From the NCBI GenBank assembly GCA_947584775.1, contig CANPWT010000001.1, positions 1-38,041 of the forward strand: 38,041 nucleotides of DNA, given 5' to 3'. The stretch is from an uncultured Clostridia bacterium. GTDB lineage: Bacteria; Bacillota; Clostridia; Christensenellales; UBA1242. The notes beneath the pieces are model-generated. The model made no database searches. It worked only from the letters and a program-made list of their open reading frames with translations, and was not told where the DNA came from. The first letter of the stretch is position 1. Every line of letters begins with the position of its first letter. The translations under genes and the position numbers were made by a program. Shown in pieces: positions 35,241 through 38,041 of this stretch.

Positions 35241-37078
35241 TAAATTTTTGTTGTTGTGTTTTTAATTTTGTCAGTATATTTAGTAACTTTAATTTGATTA
35301 ATTAAGGCTTGTTCGTGGTCGGAATAGCCGGTGTTAGAAGTGTAAACTTCGCTGCCGCTTGTTGGGTAAACCTTATCGAAAATTAAATCAAAATATGTTT
35401 TGCCGGTAAGCGGATTAATTATGCTTGTGTAAAGGTTATTTGGATTATTGTCTAAATTGCCAGATGCAACATAACTTTCAAGTGGATTTTTAAGGTCAAA
35501 TTTATCAACTCTGCCAACATAGAACACAAGGTGTATGCCATAACTTGTTATGCAACTAGCATCGGTGCTCATGCTGCCTTCGCTTAAATCCATAAGGCGA
35601 ACACACTCGTTTGTAAATGCTTCTTCCATAGCGCTGTTGCCGTTGTTGCCAACCACATATGGCATGCCTTGGCTTAAAGTTGCTGTATCACCTGAATATT
35701 TAAACATAAAATCGATAAACGCATCCATTTTGGTTTGATAATCAACAATGTTTAAAATTTGAAGGTATTCATCCATAACAGCGGAAAGCGAAACTTTTTC
35801 TTCAACTGTTTTGCCGTCTTCATCGCGATAACTTATTTTTGGGGTGGAAACAATTTCAGCATATCTTGTGTCGTACTCGTCTTGTGAAATATAATCTTTC
35901 AATTTATCTAGGTCGGTAATTTTTTGTTTGGTTTCATCGTCAAAACTTAACAAAGTGTGAATAAAGTAGCCAAATTTTGTGTCGTCTGCCAAATTGTTGT
36001 GGTAAAGGATAGTGTCCGCATTTGTGCCAATGTTTTTCATGTCGTTTTTATAATTGTCTGGCTTATTAATATATTTGTTTCGGCTGGTAGTGTACATTGT
36101 TTTAAATTGCTCGCTTAGTTCGTTAACATCAAAACTGCCCGCTTCATTTTTCAAAAATTCTGTTCGGATATTTTCCAAATAAATTTCTTGCAGTTTGCTT
36201 TGATAGTTCCTGTTAATGTATCTAACAATTAAATCGTCATTATTTTTATTGTATGCCTTGCCGTTTTCGTCCAACAAATAATATTCGTAATTAATTAGGC
36301 TTGTTGTAAGTTGCTTTATAACTAAATTGTAAATTTCTTTTGCGTGGTCGCCGGTTAAAGATTGTTCAAATTTAGTTAAATAGTCCGTTTTAATAACTTT
36401 TGCAATTTCTGGGCTATTAAAGTTGGTTAAATAACTTTCATCTATCACTTTTTCGTACACATTGGGTTCTTTAAGCGAATCTAAATTATATTCAACTTTA
36501 TAATCCATTTTATAAAAACTAGTTGGTGTTGGGCTGATGGTGGACATTGTGTTGTCTGTGTAATAAGTTGGATTTTCCACAACATAAGCGCGCTTGGTGT
36601 AAGTGTAATCCTTTCTTAAATATGCGGTTTCATCTTGCGACTGCTCTTCTTCCTCGGAGGATGATTCTGTTATATTTAAAATCTTTTTGGCCTCGGTAAC
36701 ATAGGTTTGCATTTGCTCGTCTAGCGAAGAATACATTTCCTTAATCCCTTCATTAATTTGATAAGGGGTTGGTTTGTATTCATCCTTAGATTTTGCATAT
36801 TGATACAATGCTTCACGGTCAATTAAAAGTTTTAGGGTGGAGTTTAATGCTTCCTCCTCCGTTTGACCCATTTGGCTTACATAATAATTGTAGCCATAAC
36901 TGTTGTATGCGGAAAGCAATTCAAATCGGGTGATGTTTTCATCCCCGACTGTTGCTAAAATGTCATTATAATATTTAACCTTGTTTACAGCAAAGCCGGC
37001 ACACCCAGCCAAACTGCAAGTGATTATCACCATTAAGCAAGCAAATAACGCAAAAAACTTTTTCACTTTAATCTCCAT
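35240..37078 (-). CDS. PrsA/SurA-like foldase lipoprotein with degenerate parvulin-like C-terminal region
   Basis: Signal peptide with lipobox SLAGC. A SurA-N-like segment (ITRFELLSAYNSY...LLIDREALYQYAK). A C-terminal ...CITSYGIHLVFYVG resembles the end of parvulin PPIase domains. It sits downstream of mfd, as is often seen in Clostridia. Confidence 0.55.
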   Translation of the reverse strand: MEIKVKKFFALFACLMVIITCSLAGCAGFAVNKVKYYNDILATVGDENITRFELLSAYNSYGYNYYVSQMGQTEEEALNSTLKLLIDREALYQYAKSKDEYKPTPYQINEGIKEMYSSLDEQMQTYVTEAKKILNITESSSEEEEQSQDETAYLRKDYTYTKRAYVVENPTYYTDNTMSTISPTPTSFYKMDYKVEYNLDSLKEPNVYEKVIDESYLTNFNSPEIAKVIKTDYLTKFEQSLTGDHAKEIYNLVIKQLTTSLINYEYYLLDENGKAYNKNNDDLIVRYINRNYQSKLQEIYLENIRTEFLKNEAGSFDVNELSEQFKTMYTTSRNKYINKPDNYKNDMKNIGTNADTILYHNNLADDTKFGYFIHTLLSFDDETKQKITDLDKLKDYISQDEYDTRYAEIVSTPKISYRDEDGKTVEEKVSLSAVMDEYLQILNIVDYQTKMDAFIDFMFKYSGDTATLSQGMPYVVGNNGNSAMEEAFTNECVRLMDLSEGSMSTDASCITSYGIHLVFYVGRVDKFDLKNPLESYVASGNLDNNPNNLYTSIINPLTGKTYFDLIFDKVYPTSGSEVYTSNTGYSDHEQALINQIKVTKYTDKIKNTTTKI

Positions 37079-37155
37079 AATATTAATATAATAATTTTAG
37101 ACTATTATAAATTAAATTATAATAAAAAGCAAGCGTTTTTTTCAACTTTGCCCTG

Positions 37156-38041
37156 TTACAAACTAGATAAAAACTCTAAACTGTAATTTAGCGCGGTCAA
37201 AACGCTAAAATTAGATGTGCTTAGCGAAATTGTAGGCAGGGCAGACTTTTCAAAACTAAACGCCGATTTATTTGCCTTTAAAATTAATTTATCTAGGTTA
37301 ATTTCGGGGTAAAACACAATAAACATGTGCTGTTTGTTTAAGGTTATTTGTTTAACTTTGTTTTTAACGGCAAGCGCTTTTAAAAGGGCAATGCTTGCCA
37401 ACTGATAAATTTCTTTTGGCAGTTTGCCATAACTAATTAAAAGCGAATTAATAACTTCCCTATGGCTTGCCTTATCAGTGATGTTAGAAATTTTACTAAT
37501 AATTTTAAGCCTTTCCGCCTCGTCCAAAACAAAGTCGGTTGGTATTTTGCTTGTTAGGGCAATGTCTATTTTAACTTCCTTTTCCACTTCAACATTTTCG
37601 CCCCGCAAACGCTTTAAGGTTTCGTTTAACAAGCGAGTGTACATTTCGTAGCCAATTTTTTGCATATGCCCGTGTTGAACTTTGCCCAAAAGTTCGCCCG
37701 CGCCGCGTATTTGCATATCTCGCATGGCAATTTTAAAGCCGCTGCCTAAATCGGTGTTTTCAGCAATTGCTTGCAGACGAGCGCTTGCCTCCTCAGTTAA
37801 AACTTTGTTTGGGTAAGTAAAATAGGCGTACGCTTGTTCGTCGTTCCTGCCAACCCTCCCGCGCAACTGATAAAGTTGACTTAAACCCATGTGGTCACTT
37901 TCCAACACAATAAGCGTGTTGGCCATTGGCAAATCCACGCCGTTTTCAATGAGGGTGGTGGAAATAAACACATTGGTTTGCTTTGTGTATAAACGCTTAA
38001 TTGCGTCTTCCAACTCGTGTTCTGGCATTTTGCTGTGGGCA
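37156..38041 (-). CDS. mfd: transcription-repair coupling factor, C-terminal part (5' end outside window)
   Basis: Helicase C-terminal motifs (ISTTLIENGVDLPMANTLIV, QLRGRVGR) and a TRCF C-terminal domain. The reading frame is open to the window edge. Confidence 0.9.
   Translation of the reverse strand, partial: AHSKMPEHELEDAIKRLYTKQTNVFISTTLIENGVDLPMANTLIVLESDHMGLSQLYQLRGRVGRNDEQAYAYFTYPNKVLTEEASARLQAIAENTDLGSGFKIAMRDMQIRGAGELLGKVQHGHMQKIGYEMYTRLLNETLKRLRGENVEVEKEVKIDIALTSKIPTDFVLDEAERLKIISKISNITDKASHREVINSLLISYGKLPKEIYQLASIALLKALAVKNKVKQITLNKQHMFIVFYPEINLDKLILKANKSAFSFEKSALPTISLSTSNFSVLTALNYSLEFLSSL

Noticed and set aside
1-38041. Alternative genetic code (TGA as Trp or Gly, or reassigned Arg codons) as an explanation for the missing TGA stops.
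   Set aside because: No in-frame TGA interrupts any gene under the standard code, and all Trp codons I checked are TGG. AGG, CGG and CGA fall at universally conserved Arg positions: FtsH GRQRG and RPGRFDR, AspRS EGARDF, and ATPase PPR. Only TGA avoidance is supported, not reassignment.
1-38041. Mobile elements, prophage or defence islands.
   Set aside because: There are no transposase, integrase, recombinase, restriction-modification, toxin-antitoxin or known defence-domain signatures, and no flanking inverted or direct repeats. The two XRE regulators are isolated single genes.

Overview
This 38-kb chromosomal window comes from a low-GC bacterium. Gene content suggests Bacillota/Clostridia-like, which is inference only: a T-box leader, a SipW/TasA-type signal peptide, a PrsA-like lipoprotein, uppP and cvpA. 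All calls rest on motif recognition by eye; no searches were run.

I support 36 protein genes, mostly housekeeping:
- Five aminoacyl-tRNA synthetases: argS, aspS-asnS behind an Asp-specifier T-box, gltX and tyrS.
- A long RelA/SpoT homolog, a P2-type cation ATPase, ychF, uppP, cvpA, ftsH, acpP and the 3' part of mfd.
- A four-gene acyltransferase-GT8-GT8-acyltransferase envelope cassette.
- An M23 peptidase, a TasA/camelysin-like secreted protein, a PrsA-like lipoprotein, two XRE-type regulators, and about ten hypothetical, mostly membrane or secreted proteins.

I see no rRNA, tRNA, CRISPR array, transposase or prophage genes.

No recognisable defence or mobile system is present. These are the observations most worth follow-up:
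1. Nine transcription units have a sigma-70-type promoter that abuts the ATG, which predicts leaderless mRNAs. They coexist with strong-SD genes.
2. Two roughly 370-400-bp, about 90% A+T non-coding deserts sit between convergent terminators and are built from A-tracts spaced about 10 bp apart.
3. TGA is absent from all 36 stop codons.
4. The RelA/SpoT homolog lacks the hydrolase catalytic residues and the C-terminal ACT/RRM domain.
5. There are several uncharacterised envelope gene pairs or cassettes.
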